From Planctomycetota bacterium (lineage in GTDB: Bacteria; Planctomycetota; JAJSAM01; JAJVHW01): DNA of 64,000 nucleotides. Shown here piece after piece: positions 31,976 through 42,116 of the stretch; within the stretch, counting starts at the first letter, position 1, and every line of letters begins with the position of its first letter. The notes below the pieces were generated by a model. It was not told where the DNA came from. It searched no databases and saw only the letters and a list, made by a program, of their open reading frames with translations. The stretch is taken from assembly GCA_965248445.1 (NCBI GenBank), contig CBDFJG010000001.1, positions 96,001-160,000 of the forward strand, in the 5' to 3' direction. A program made the position numbers and the translations under genes.

Positions 31976-33507
31976 GCGCCGACGACGTTCCGCTCACGAA
32001 GTCCCTGGTCTTCAGGACCACGGCCGCACTCGGCCTCGGGCTGCTGCTCGCGACCATCGCCCTGCTGCTGCTGTTCCGGCCGTACCTCCGAACCGAATTC
32101 CGCGATGAAGCGCGGGCGCTGCTGGACGACCAGGCCTTGCGCACGCGCGCGCTGGCGCGCAAGTCCGCCGAGGACACGCAGCAACTGGTGAGCGAGACCG
32201 CAAGGCATGCCCATCGATCGGCGCGCGACGTCGTCGCCGACGCTCCGCTGGAGGTCCTCGCCGGACGGCCGGACGAGGTCAGGAAGCTGCTGGACGAACA
32301 ACTCGCGACGATCGAGGGACAGTCGGAGCAGACCGTGAGCGTGCTCTCCGGCGAGATCCGCTCGCGCACCGAGAGCTGGGTGCGCGCGGACGAGGAGCGG
32401 GTTGCGGAGCGCGCGGAACAGCGTGCGGACGACTTCGGCAACTCCGTCGCGCGGAGGGCGGCCGCGCTGCTCATCGCGCTGCTTGCGGCGCTGTTCCTCG
32501 TGCACGGCGCGATCCTGCTGCGCACCGTCATCGCGCCGATCGCACGGCTGTCGGCGGCGACCAAGGCTGTCTCGCTGGGAGATCTCGACGTCCGGCTGCC
32601 GGCGGTGGGTGACGACGAGGTGGCGCGGCTCGCCGGCTCCTTCAACGCGATGACCGGCAGCCTGCAAGAGGCGCGCGCGGACCTCGAGACCGCCAACGCG
32701 GGCCTCGAACACCGTGTGCGGGAGAAGACGACGGAGTTGCGCGATGCACTGGCACAGAGTCACGAGGCGAACGAGCGGCTCCAGCAGGCGCTCGAGGACC
32801 TCGCCGCGAAGGACGTCGAGTTGCGCCGGGCGGATCGCATGGCGTCTCTCGGCACTCTGGCCGGCGGCGTCGCGCACGAGTTCGGCAACCTGCTCGGCGG
32901 AATACTCGGCTGCGCCGAGGATGCGCAGGACGAGGAGGACGCGCAGGACCTGCGCGAGACCCTCGCCATGATCGAGCGGACTGCGCGCCGCGGCACCGCG
33001 ATCACCAGCAATTTGCTGCGATTCGCCCGGCCCGGATCGGGCCAGCGCGAGTTGCTCGACGCGAAGTCCGTCCTCGACGACGTGACGACGCTCATCGCGC
33101 CCGAAGCCGCCCGCCGTGGCGTCACCGTGCGGGCGCGCTGCGACGAGGGACTCACGATGCGCGGCGATCCGTCAGGGTTGCACCAGGTTCTGCTCAACCT
33201 GGCGACGAACGCATTGCACGCGGCAGACGATGGTCGCGGACGACTGGACCTCTTGGCGGAGGGTGCCGGCGGCGACGTCGTGCTGATCGTCCGGGACGAC
33301 GGTCCGGGTATGACGCCCGAGACGAGGGAGCGGCTGTTCGAGCCGTTCTTCACGACGCGCGGGCCGGAAGGCACGGGACTCGGCCTGTCGGTCAGCTACG
33401 GAATCGTCCAGGCGCACGGCGGGAGGATCGACGTGCGCAGCGAGCCGGGCGAGGGCGCGGAGTTCCGTGTCGTGCTCCCCGCATCGCGCGAAGGAGAAGA
33501 AGCATGA
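31972..33507 (+). CDS. HAMP-domain sensor histidine kinase (NtrB-like)
   Basis: Two TMs, HAMP, AHEFGNLL, QVLLNL..NA, DDGPG, FEPFFTT and GTGLGL motifs. Confidence 0.95.
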   Translation: MSADDVPLTKSLVFRTTAALGLGLLLATIALLLLFRPYLRTEFRDEARALLDDQALRTRALARKSAEDTQQLVSETARHAHRSARDVVADAPLEVLAGRPDEVRKLLDEQLATIEGQSEQTVSVLSGEIRSRTESWVRADEERVAERAEQRADDFGNSVARRAAALLIALLAALFLVHGAILLRTVIAPIARLSAATKAVSLGDLDVRLPAVGDDEVARLAGSFNAMTGSLQEARADLETANAGLEHRVREKTTELRDALAQSHEANERLQQALEDLAAKDVELRRADRMASLGTLAGGVAHEFGNLLGGILGCAEDAQDEEDAQDLRETLAMIERTARRGTAITSNLLRFARPGSGQRELLDAKSVLDDVTTLIAPEAARRGVTVRARCDEGLTMRGDPSGLHQVLLNLATNALHAADDGRGRLDLLAEGAGGDVVLIVRDDGPGMTPETRERLFEPFFTTRGPEGTGLGLSVSYGIVQAHGGRIDVRSEPGEGAEFRVVLPASREGEEA

Positions 33508-34265
33508 ATGAGACGAAGGCCATCGTCCTGGTGGTGGACGACGAGGAGAGCATGCGCTACTTCCTCCGCAAGACCCTGCGACGGGAGGGCTACGAAGTGA
33601 TCGAGGCCGCCGACGGCCCCAGCGCGCTGTCCGCCGCTGCGTCGGGGGCCCCCGACGTGGCGCTGCTCGACGTGCGGATGCCCGGAATGGACGGCGTGGC
33701 GCTGATGCGTGCGCTCCGCACCACACACCCCCATCTGCCGGTCGTGCTGATGACCGCGTACGGCTCCGTCGAGAACGCGCTCGCAGCGATGAAGCACGGC
33801 GCGACGGACTACGTCACGAAGCCGTTCCGAGTCGACGAGATCCGCACGACCGTCGCGAAGGCCCTTGCGGAGCGGGCCGCGCTGCCCCGCCCGCCGACAC
33901 TTCGCGACGTGCACGCCGCAGGGGAGCCGGCGGCGCCCGCAGCGGCGGAGAGCGATGCGCCGGACCCCCGCCGCGAGCATGTGCCGGCGCGCAACATCGC
34001 AGCGTTCCTGCGCGAGCGATGCCGGGAACGCAGCTTGCCGCTGACGACGGAGACGGCCTCCGGCGATCTCGGCCTGCGCGACCTCACCCGCCTCGCCGAG
34101 ACCGTCTACGTGGACGAGTTGCTGCGCTTGACCGTCGGCAACGTCAGCCGCGCGGCGGAGATCGCGGGGATCACCCGCCCCAACATGCACCGCAAGATCG
34201 TCGACCTCGGTCTGGCCGCAGACGCTTACCGGCGCGCGAACGGCGCGCGGGGAGGGACATCGTGA
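33504..34265 (+). CDS. Response regulator, REC + Fis-type HTH (no AAA+ domain)
   Basis: VVDD, LLDVRMP and KPF; C-terminal GNVSRAAEIAGITR.NMHRK. Confidence 0.9.
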   Translation: MNETKAIVLVVDDEESMRYFLRKTLRREGYEVIEAADGPSALSAAASGAPDVALLDVRMPGMDGVALMRALRTTHPHLPVVLMTAYGSVENALAAMKHGATDYVTKPFRVDEIRTTVAKALAERAALPRPPTLRDVHAAGEPAAPAAAESDAPDPRREHVPARNIAAFLRERCRERSLPLTTETASGDLGLRDLTRLAETVYVDELLRLTVGNVSRAAEIAGITRPNMHRKIVDLGLAADAYRRANGARGGTS

Positions 34266-35287
34266 AGCCGAAGCTGTTCGTGGGTGCTCTCGTACTGATG
34301 CTCGCCGCGTTCGTCGCGGCTGCGTTCCTGTGGCCGAAGCAGGAGGGAGTCACTCTGTACTGCGCGGTGGACGACGTGCACGCCAGGCCCATTCTCGATG
34401 CGTTCGAGCAGGAGACGGGCATCCACGTCCATCGCAACTTCGACACCGAGGCGAGCAAGACGGTCGGCCTCGTGGCGAAGTTGCGCGAGGAGAGAGGCAG
34501 TCCGCGCGCGGACGTCTTCTGGAACAACGAGATCCTGCACACGCTTCGCCTGTCCAAGGAGGGCGTCATCACGGCGTACGACTCGCCGTCGGCCGCCGAC
34601 ATTCCCGACGCGTTCCGCGACCCGGCGCACCGCTGGAACGGAATCGGTGCCCGCGCTAGGATCCTCATCGTCAACACCGAATTGGTCGGTCCCGACGAAC
34701 GGCCCACGTCGATGCACGACCTCGCCGATCCGAAGTGGAAGGGCCGGACGTCCTTCGTGCGACCGCTGACCGGCACGACTCTCACGCATGCGTCGGTGCT
34801 CTACACGGTCATGGGCGACGACGCCGCGCGGGCCTGGTTCAAGGGACTGCACGACAATGGCTGCCTGTTCCCGAGCGGCAACGGCCCGCTGGCCCGCAGC
34901 GTCGCCACGAGTCAGTCCGCGTTCGGGTTCACCGACACGGACGACTTCGAGAAGGTCCGGGCGGACGGCAAGCCTGTCGCGCGCGTGTTCCCCGACCAAG
35001 GGGACGGCGGGATCGGCACGCTGCTCATCCCCAACACTGTCGCGCTCGTCGCGGGCGGCCCCCGTCCCGACCTGGGCCGAGAGCTGATCGACTTCCTGCT
35101 GTCGAAAAAGGTCGAGGCGATGCTCGCCGCCGGCGACAGCCGCCAGATTCCCGTCCGCGGCGACGTCACCCGCCCGCCGGACGTCGTGGGACCACCTGAG
35201 TACCGCGTCATGGAAGTGGACTGGAACGACGTGGTGGAGAACTTCGACAAGCGGTTGACGGAGTTGGAAGCGCTCTGGCGGGACTAG
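34262..35287 (+). CDS. Extracellular solute-binding protein (AfuA/Fe3+-like, SBP_bac_6)
   Basis: VTLYCAVD, DTEASKTVGL, ADVFWNNE, TDTDD and PNTVAL motifs; GTGA overlap. Confidence 0.85.
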   Translation: MKPKLFVGALVLMLAAFVAAAFLWPKQEGVTLYCAVDDVHARPILDAFEQETGIHVHRNFDTEASKTVGLVAKLREERGSPRADVFWNNEILHTLRLSKEGVITAYDSPSAADIPDAFRDPAHRWNGIGARARILIVNTELVGPDERPTSMHDLADPKWKGRTSFVRPLTGTTLTHASVLYTVMGDDAARAWFKGLHDNGCLFPSGNGPLARSVATSQSAFGFTDTDDFEKVRADGKPVARVFPDQGDGGIGTLLIPNTVALVAGGPRPDLGRELIDFLLSKKVEAMLAAGDSRQIPVRGDVTRPPDVVGPPEYRVMEVDWNDVVENFDKRLTELEALWRD

Positions 35288-35362
35288 GAACTCATGTAGG
35301 GGCGGGCGGGAAGAGGAGGGGCGCCGCAACACCGACGGGGCGCGCACACCCGCGAGCGAGGA

Positions 35363-35450
35363 GCGGCGCGTGAGTCGCGAAGCGACTCGCGTGCCGCCCC
35401 GCAGCGAGCCTCCTCCGTAGCGGCCGGAGGGCCGCGTAGGAGGGCATGAT
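35363..35450. repeat. REP/MITE-like palindromic element
   Basis: 16-bp stem with GAA loop (35363-35397); 35412-35450 is 35/39 identical to the reverse complement of 9043-9080. Confidence 0.75.
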
Positions 35451-35511
35451 GCGCGCAAGGAGCGGCGCGGCGGTTGCGCAGCAAGCGTCGTGAAGCGACG
35501 CAGCAAGCCCG

Positions 35512-36312
35512 TCAGAACTCGAAATCCAGGTCGTTGCGGAAGTAGTCGGCGGTGTGCATCGCGCTCTCGCGCGCGTTCGTCTGCGGGACGTCGGACACGC
35601 CGATCGCCCACCCGGAGAACCCGGTCATCCGCATCGTGTCGGCAACGGCCTTCAGATCCAGCGTGCCACGGCCGGGGTCCGCGTACGGATCCAACTCCGA
35701 CCGCGGATCCGCCGGGTCGCGAACGTCGCGCAGGTGCACGACACCGATGCGCGCCTTGTGCTGGAGGAGGAAGAACGTCGGGTCCGCACCCATCTTGTCG
35801 AAGCGTGCCGTGTCGACCGAGACTCCGACGTTCGCGGGGTCCGTGTTCCCGATCAACTCGGAGATCGCGTTCAGACCGGCGAACGGACTCCCGAGATCCG
35901 GCTCGTAGAGGAACGAGACTCCTGTCTCCGCTGCGATCTCGCCGATGGCATTCAGCAGCTCGGAGGCGTGTCCCATGTCTGCGACGGGGTCCCCGCTCGG
36001 CTCGCCGCCGTAATAGATCGCGTAGTCGCCGCCGGCCTTCTTCGTCCACTCGAGCAGAACGCGCCAAGCCAAGATCTCGGACGCATGGAAGTCGGGGCTG
36101 GTGAGTGTGCCGCCGGCGTGGACGCCGGCAAGCTGGACCCCGGCGATCTCGGAGAAGACAACGAACTCCTCCGGCTTGTCGGCTAGCACGTGCGACACGT
36201 CGGAGTACGCCTCGATGCCCTGGAATCCGGCCCTCGAGGCCTCGTGCAACGCCAGCAGGACGTGGTCGCTGCCCCAGGCGCTCGCATGGAATCCGCAACG
36301 TGCATTCGCCAC
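35512..36312 (-). CDS. Sugar phosphate isomerase/epimerase (AP2/xylose isomerase-like TIM barrel)
   Basis: AGFQGIE, DTA, VHLRD, G.G.LD...V and GFSGW motifs; several metal ligands look substituted. Confidence 0.8.
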   Translation of the reverse strand: MANARCGFHASAWGSDHVLLALHEASRAGFQGIEAYSDVSHVLADKPEEFVVFSEIAGVQLAGVHAGGTLTSPDFHASEILAWRVLLEWTKKAGGDYAIYYGGEPSGDPVADMGHASELLNAIGEIAAETGVSFLYEPDLGSPFAGLNAISELIGNTDPANVGVSVDTARFDKMGADPTFFLLQHKARIGVVHLRDVRDPADPRSELDPYADPGRGTLDLKAVADTMRMTGFSGWAIGVSDVPQTNARESAMHTADYFRNDLDFEF

Positions 36313-36429
36313 TGTGGGAGGTCCCCTCGGCTGTTCTCGCCCGCCACTCTCGCTGCGACCCGGCTGAAACACGCTGCCCGGGACCGCTACAAGAGACTTC
36401 GGCCACCTCGTGGTAGCCCTACAGCCGCG

Positions 36430-37245
36430 CTAGTCGAACTTCTTCTCGTTCGCCTTCAGCCAGGCCTTCCACTCGCGGTGCGTGCGGTACTCCTTGTCCG
36501 TGATCTCCTTGAGCGCCCAGCGGACCCAGCCCTCGCTAACCTGCCACAGCTTGTAGCGGGCCTCCCAGTAGCTGGGGGGGGGGTTCGATCCGCTGTTGAC
36601 GTTCGCCGGGATCGGTTCCTCGACCATGAACACGAAGCGCGGCACCGCCTTCTCCCACTTGTTGGTACCGAGATACAGCACGGCCGACTGCACGAACGAG
36701 TGCGTCCACGCGCCGGGCGCGCCCTTGAGGAAGATCTTGTCGAGCTGATCGAGCACGGCCGCCTCGTGACCCTCGATCGCCAGCACCGCGAAGTAGTGGA
36801 CGCACGCGACCATCACGGTGCGCGAGTTCGCCGGGTTCTCGTCGTCCTTCTTCTTCTTCTTCTTCTTCTTGACCTTCTTCTTCTTCATCGACGAGTAGAG
36901 CTTGCTGATCGTCTTCTCTTCGTCAGCGAGTTCGTGCGACGCAGCAGCGTGCACGGCCTGGGCCAGCACGCCCGCGTCCTTCGACTTGAGGCCCTCCTTG
37001 ATCCAGGGGACGAAGTCCTCGTGGTGCCGCTCGCGCATCGAGTAGAGCGCGTTCATCATCAGCTCGGTGTCCTTGTCGGCTTTCGCCTTCTCGACCGCCG
37101 CCATGATCTTGTCGTGCTCTTCGTCCGTCGCCGGGATCACGGCGGGGACTTCCGGCTTGGACGGTTCCACACCTCCTCGCGCCGGCGGCGCGAGCGCCAC
37201 GAGGGCTAGGAGGACCATCGCCAGAGGTCGGATTGCGATGCGCAT
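36430..37245 (-). CDS. Secreted HEAT-like hypothetical protein with poly-Lys tract
   Basis: Signal peptide; C-terminal ALKEIT......W..W seen in other HEAT genes here. Confidence 0.75.
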   Translation of the reverse strand: MRIAIRPLAMVLLALVALAPPARGGVEPSKPEVPAVIPATDEEHDKIMAAVEKAKADKDTELMMNALYSMRERHHEDFVPWIKEGLKSKDAGVLAQAVHAAASHELADEEKTISKLYSSMKKKKVKKKKKKKKDDENPANSRTVMVACVHYFAVLAIEGHEAAVLDQLDKIFLKGAPGAWTHSFVQSAVLYLGTNKWEKAVPRFVFMVEEPIPANVNSGSNPPPSYWEARYKLWQVSEGWVRWALKEITDKEYRTHREWKAWLKANEKKFD

Positions 37246-37322
37246 GACGCGCCTAGTCTATCCGCCCGCACCGCGTCAGATCACGCCTCGCGGGCCTGGC
37301 GACGCCGCCCGCGACGGAGACA

Positions 37323-38072
37323 TCAGCTTCTGAGCTTGGCGGTCCGTCGCTGGCGGATCTCGGCGGCGACCCTGCGGCCACGGAGCCAGATGATCGCCAC
37401 GAGGGCGGCCACGACCGCGGCGCCGGCCGCCTGGAACTCCCACGAGCGCGCGAGATCCTCGGTGAGCACGCCCTTCAAGCGGTCCGCGAAGTAGGCCATC
37501 CCATAGGCCCCGACCGCGGCACCGAACGCGATCGCCGCGAGCGTGCGCAGAGCCGGCAGACCGAGAAGGCGCCCAAAGATGGAGCCGCCGATGGCTCCGG
37601 TACCAGTGAGAGGGAACATCACGAACATCACGACGCCGAGGAAGGTCACGCGGCCCAGCCAACGGCGCCGTTGCAGCATGTAGAGGCCGTGCTCCGCGAG
37701 TTCCTCGACCAGCGGCCCCACCCGCTTCAGGCGATAGACACGCGGGAGGTTCAGGACCAGGAGCGTGGCGATCGTGACGTCCATGTAGACCACGATCGTG
37801 GCGAGTTCGTAGGGGCTGAAGGGGCTGTCGCCGCCGATCCCGAAGAGCACAGCGAACTTGCCGGCGATGAAGAAGATGAGCACCGCCGTGACGACGAGCT
37901 GGCTCGCCAGCGCAACGCCGCCCATCACGGCAGCCACCACCAGGATGGCCACCGTCACGGCGACCGGCCCCCAGAACGTGATGGCACGCAGGCGCTGGCC
38001 GTCGGCGCCGGCTGTCCGCTGTTCCTCCTCCTCGAGGAGTGTGCGGATGTCAGGCGGGTCGTTGGTCACCAT
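37323..38072 (-). CDS. Small multidrug export-like (DUF819/COG2426) membrane protein
   Basis: LGVVMFVMFPLTGTGAIGG....LLG motif. Confidence 0.8.
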   Translation of the reverse strand: MVTNDPPDIRTLLEEEEQRTAGADGQRLRAITFWGPVAVTVAILVVAAVMGGVALASQLVVTAVLIFFIAGKFAVLFGIGGDSPFSPYELATIVVYMDVTIATLLVLNLPRVYRLKRVGPLVEELAEHGLYMLQRRRWLGRVTFLGVVMFVMFPLTGTGAIGGSIFGRLLGLPALRTLAAIAFGAAVGAYGMAYFADRLKGVLTEDLARSWEFQAAGAAVVAALVAIIWLRGRRVAAEIRQRRTAKLRS

Positions 38073-38202
38073 TGTGGACGTGCGCGAGGGCCGGGCATTC
38101 TGCCGGAACCGATGGAGGCGCCGAGATTCTCCCGCCGCGTCTGCCTCCGCACACGCGCACCGGAGCCGAGGCGATGGACCGGCTGCTTGCTACGATCCCG
38201 CG

Positions 38203-38676
38203 ATGCCGCCTCCCCCGCTGGTATCGCGCGACCTCTGGAACCTCGAGAGTCCGATCTTCGGGCCGGAGGAGATCCGCGAGGCGAACCCGCAACGGTTCGA
38301 GATGGAGCAACTGGACGCAATCACGTACCTCGACGTCGACAACGCCGCGTGCGTGGGATGGAAGAGCGTCCGTGACGACGAATTCTGGGTCCGCGGCCAC
38401 ATCCCGGGGCGCCCCTTGATGCCGGGGGTCGTGCAGGTCGAGTGCCTCGCCCAGATCTCGAGCTTCCTGACGAAGAAGACCTACGACGTCCCCGGGTTCT
38501 TCGGCTTCGGCGGCATCGACGGCGTGAAGTTCCGTGCCCAGGTCGAACCGAGCGACCGTCTGGTGCTGATCGCCCGCCGCATCGAGATCCGGAAACGCCG
38601 TGCGCTCTACGACACGCAGGGTTGGGTGGGCAACAAGCTGGCCGTCGAGGGCCGGATCACCGGCGTTCTGCTCTAG
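38203..38676 (+). CDS. fabZ: 3-hydroxyacyl-ACP dehydratase, FabZ/FabA family
   Basis: NPQRFEM, FWVRGHIPGRPLMPGV..VE.LAQ and VKFR..V.P motifs. Confidence 0.85.
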   Translation: MPPPPLVSRDLWNLESPIFGPEEIREANPQRFEMEQLDAITYLDVDNAACVGWKSVRDDEFWVRGHIPGRPLMPGVVQVECLAQISSFLTKKTYDVPGFFGFGGIDGVKFRAQVEPSDRLVLIARRIEIRKRRALYDTQGWVGNKLAVEGRITGVLL

Positions 38677-39793
38677 CAGCCGCCTCGACGGGCCGATCCG
38701 GCGCGAAGGCCGAGAGGTCGCGCGCCGTGTCCCCGTCCAGCAGTTCGCGCACGATCCGAGCGGTCACCGGCGCCAGCATGATGCCGCTCCGAAAGTGCCC
38801 GGTGGCGACGAGGAGGCCCGGACGAAGCCACCCGAGCACCGGCAGGTGATCCGGGGTGTCGGGCCGCAGACCCGACCACGTGGCTTCGACCGGTGCGTCC
38901 AGGAGCGCCGGCGCAAGACGACCCAGCGCCCGCGTAATCGTCGCAAGTCCCGCCGCAGTGACGCCCCGCTCGAAACCGACGTACTCGACCGTGCTGCCGA
39001 CGAGCACGCGACCGTCCGCACGCGGGACGAGATACGAACCGTCGCTGCCGAGCAGCATGTGCCGCAAGGAGCCCGGCCGCGTCCGCAGGAGCAACATCTG
39101 GCCCCGCGCGGGAATCGTCCGGGCTGCGCGTGGTGCCGCGTCGCCGAGCAGCGCCCCGGACCACGCGCCTGCGGCGACGACAACCGTTCCCGCGTGCACG
39201 TCGCCTGCGGTGGTGCGCGCGCCGACGACCCGCTCGCCGTGCGTCAACAGCGAGAGCGCCGAGGTCTGCTCGTGCACGACCGCGCCGCGGGCGGCCGCCG
39301 CGGTCGCGAGTGCCGGCGCCGCGCGATGGTTGCGCACCTGCCGCAGATCAGGGAACCGCAGCGCCCCGCGCAGCGCCGGCGAGAGCGTCGGCTCGAATGC
39401 ACGCAGGCCCTCCGGCTCCAGGCGATCCACCGCCTCGCCGCGCTCTCGCTTCCACGCAATGCGCCGCTCGGACTCGGACTCGTCCGCGTCGCTCTCGATC
39501 AACGCGAGGAGCCCGGTGGCGCGGAGCTCGAGGTCCACACCAGTCTCGACGCGCAGCCGCTCGGCCAGCGGCCTCCACAATCCGAGGCTCTCTCTGTCGA
39601 GACGCAGCACCACGTCGGAGTAGTTCCATGGGTGGACCGGCGTGAGCAAGCCCGCCGCTGCGCGGGACGCCTCGCCGCCGACGCTGCCCCGTTCGACGAG
39701 CACGACGCTGCGGCCGTCACGCGCAAGGCGTTCGGTGATCGCCCCGCCGACGATTCCACCGCCGATCACGAGGACGTCCGCTGTCGCGGTCAC
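38657..39793 (-). CDS. thiO: Glycine oxidase ThiO / DAO-family FAD oxidoreductase
   Basis: GGGIVG, ASRAAAGLL, RGQML, GSTVE, WSGLRP and GHFRSGIMLAP motifs. Confidence 0.85.
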   Translation of the reverse strand: MTATADVLVIGGGIVGGAITERLARDGRSVVLVERGSVGGEASRAAAGLLTPVHPWNYSDVVLRLDRESLGLWRPLAERLRVETGVDLELRATGLLALIESDADESESERRIAWKRERGEAVDRLEPEGLRAFEPTLSPALRGALRFPDLRQVRNHRAAPALATAAAARGAVVHEQTSALSLLTHGERVVGARTTAGDVHAGTVVVAAGAWSGALLGDAAPRAARTIPARGQMLLLRTRPGSLRHMLLGSDGSYLVPRADGRVLVGSTVEYVGFERGVTAAGLATITRALGRLAPALLDAPVEATWSGLRPDTPDHLPVLGWLRPGLLVATGHFRSGIMLAPVTARIVRELLDGDTARDLSAFAPDRPVEAAARAERR

Positions 39794-39797
39794 TCGC

Positions 39798-41258
39798 TCA
39801 CTCCGTCTTCGACTGCCCCATCGAGTCGCGCGATAGCCGCTGGAGGAACGACCGCTCCGTGCCTTTCGTCGCACCGAACCCGATGGTGTTGATCGCAACC
39901 TTGCGCGTGCGGTTGACGCTGCGCACCGCGTCGCCGACGCGGTTCTTCACGGTGTGGTCGCCGCAACTGGGAGCACCGTCGGAGAGCAGGTACACGGTGT
40001 CGACATCATCCTGTCCGATCGCGAGCAGCAGCCCCTCGAGCAGGTTGCCGCGTTCACCGGGGCTCACGCGCTTCAGGAAGGACGCGATCGCCTTGCGCGA
40101 CTTCTTGCCGATCTCCTGCGGCCGCTCGAACGCGGCCTTCGCCTGCTCCTGGAAGACGACGACGTTCACACGCGTGCCGTCCGCCAGCGCGTCGACGGCC
40201 CGTTCGAGCTCTTCGCGCGCAGACTCCCAGCGGGTCTTCCCGCCCGCCCCGGCAAGCTCATCCTTCATGCTGCCGCTGGCGTCCACCACGAAGACGACCT
40301 GCCCCGAGAGGATCTCCATGCCGTGATACACGGCGCGCGTTCCGCCATCTTCCGAGGGGACGTCACCGCCGGCACGCTTCTTCGGAGTCTCCCACGCCTC
40401 GCGATTCGCGTCCCACCACGCCTTCCAGATGTCCGCATCGCGGCCGAGTTGCTTGCCGGTGATCTCCACGAGTGCGCGGTGTGCAGCCGCGGCGACACGA
40501 AGGCGCGCGTCCCCCACCAGGACGACCAGCGCGTCGAGAGACGGCCCGTCCATCAGCCAGTACGCGTTCTCGACGAGCTGGGCGCGCGTGCGCCAACCCT
40601 CGTCCGCAATCGACGCGGCGAGGTCCTCCGCCGCCCGCGGTTTGTCCACGAAGCGCAGCTCCATGCGCGCGACGGCGCGGACGCCCTCGTCGGCATCGCC
40701 CAGCGCCTTGTGCACGACGGCGACCGCGGCGTCGCCGCGGATCCGCCCGGCGGCCTCGACGGCTGCGGCACGTACCGACTCGTCACGGTCCTCGGCCGCC
40801 TCGGCGCTGATGGCGACGGCGTCCTCGTTGCCGCGGAACCCCCACAGCGCATCGAGGGCAGCGATACGCACGCGCGGTGACTTGTCCTTACGGGCCAGGC
40901 GAGACAGCGTCTCGAGAGCCGCAGGCGACTTGGTCTTGCCGAGAGCCGCCGCGACGTTCGCGCGCAAGAGTTCGTCGCGTCCCTTCGCGGCGGCTGCCAG
41001 GACGCCGACGGCCGCCTCGTCGCTGATCTTGTCACACGCGTTCACGGTGTGATCGCGCACATACGGGTTGTCGTCTGCCAGGAGCTTGCAGAGAATCTTC
41101 GCCGCCGCAGGCGTGCCGTCCTTGGCGAGGGCTCGCGCGGCATCCGAGCGCTTGAACGAATCCGCGTCCTCGGCCAGCTTGCGGAGGTCCGCATCCACGG
41201 CGAAGGCGGTACCCGCAACGGCGACGAGGGCGAGCAGGGTGAGACGGAAGCTACGCAC
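39798..41258 (-). CDS. HEAT-repeat + VWA domain protein
   Basis: Signal peptide, HEAT repeats, MIDAS FVVDASGSM and LLSDG.P. Confidence 0.88.
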   Translation of the reverse strand: MRSFRLTLLALVAVAGTAFAVDADLRKLAEDADSFKRSDAARALAKDGTPAAAKILCKLLADDNPYVRDHTVNACDKISDEAAVGVLAAAAKGRDELLRANVAAALGKTKSPAALETLSRLARKDKSPRVRIAALDALWGFRGNEDAVAISAEAAEDRDESVRAAAVEAAGRIRGDAAVAVVHKALGDADEGVRAVARMELRFVDKPRAAEDLAASIADEGWRTRAQLVENAYWLMDGPSLDALVVLVGDARLRVAAAAHRALVEITGKQLGRDADIWKAWWDANREAWETPKKRAGGDVPSEDGGTRAVYHGMEILSGQVVFVVDASGSMKDELAGAGGKTRWESAREELERAVDALADGTRVNVVVFQEQAKAAFERPQEIGKKSRKAIASFLKRVSPGERGNLLEGLLLAIGQDDVDTVYLLSDGAPSCGDHTVKNRVGDAVRSVNRTRKVAINTIGFGATKGTERSFLQRLSRDSMGQSKTE

Positions 41259-42087
41259 CGATCCGCTCCACGATTCCCGTGATCAACCGGAGCAGATCCG
41301 CGCTCCGAGCGCCTGCCACTTCGACAACTTCCTCTTCGGCCGTCTTCCCCGCCGCGACTTCGCCCGCGGGGTTCACGACCAGTGAGAGCACGAGAGTCTG
41401 CAGTCCCATCTGCGCCGCGGCCAAGACCTCCGGCACCGTGGACATGCCGGTCACGTCGACTCCGAGTGCCCGGAGGCGTCGCACCTCGGCGGCCGTCTCG
41501 AAGCTCGGGCCGTGCTGCGCCGCGTAGACGCCCTCTTCTAGCGGCATGCCGAGGTCCGCCGCCGCGTCCGACGCGAGCATCCCGAGCGCCGGGTCGTAGG
41601 CGCGACCGGCCGTCACGGGGAAGCGCGGTCCCCACCGCTCGTCGTGCACTCCCCGCAGCGGATCGAACCCGAGCAAGTTGATGTGATCCGTGACGCGCAC
41701 GATCGTGCCGGCGGGCATCCCCTCGCGCACGCCTCCGCACGAGTTGGTCAGGATCAGGCGGCGCACGCCGAGCAACCCGACCGCCCGCACGAGGCGGATC
41801 ACCTCGGCGGGTTCGTGCCCCTCGTACGCGTGGAGGCGGCCTTCCAGCAAGAGCACGGGAACCCCCGAGAGCAGCCCGTGATGCATGCGCCCGCGGTGTC
41901 CCGGTGCCGTCGCCTCGGCGATCCCAGGCACGTCTCCGAACGAGAGCGACGTCGCGTCGCCGAGTTTCGGCAGGGGGATGCCCGATCCGGTCTGAATCGC
42001 GACCACGGCGGTCCCGTAGCCGGCCTCACGCAGATGGGCAGCGGTCCCTGAGACCAGGTCGTACTCGGCGCGGTGGTCGGGCTTCAC
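41251..42087 (-). CDS. punA: Purine nucleoside phosphorylase (trimeric, PunA/XapA type)
   Basis: GSG, PGH.G, GRLHAYEG, LTNSCGG, DHIN, GPSFET.AE and GMSTVPE motifs. Confidence 0.9.
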   Translation of the reverse strand: MKPDHRAEYDLVSGTAAHLREAGYGTAVVAIQTGSGIPLPKLGDATSLSFGDVPGIAEATAPGHRGRMHHGLLSGVPVLLLEGRLHAYEGHEPAEVIRLVRAVGLLGVRRLILTNSCGGVREGMPAGTIVRVTDHINLLGFDPLRGVHDERWGPRFPVTAGRAYDPALGMLASDAAADLGMPLEEGVYAAQHGPSFETAAEVRRLRALGVDVTGMSTVPEVLAAAQMGLQTLVLSLVVNPAGEVAAGKTAEEEVVEVAGARSADLLRLITGIVERIGA

Positions 42088-42116
42088 GTCGAGAGTGTAG
42101 GGTCCCGCACGTCGCG

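Noticed and set aside
36847..36886. (AAG)n poly-Lys tract as a phase-variation switch
   Set aside because: A trinucleotide unit keeps the frame; it gives length variation only.
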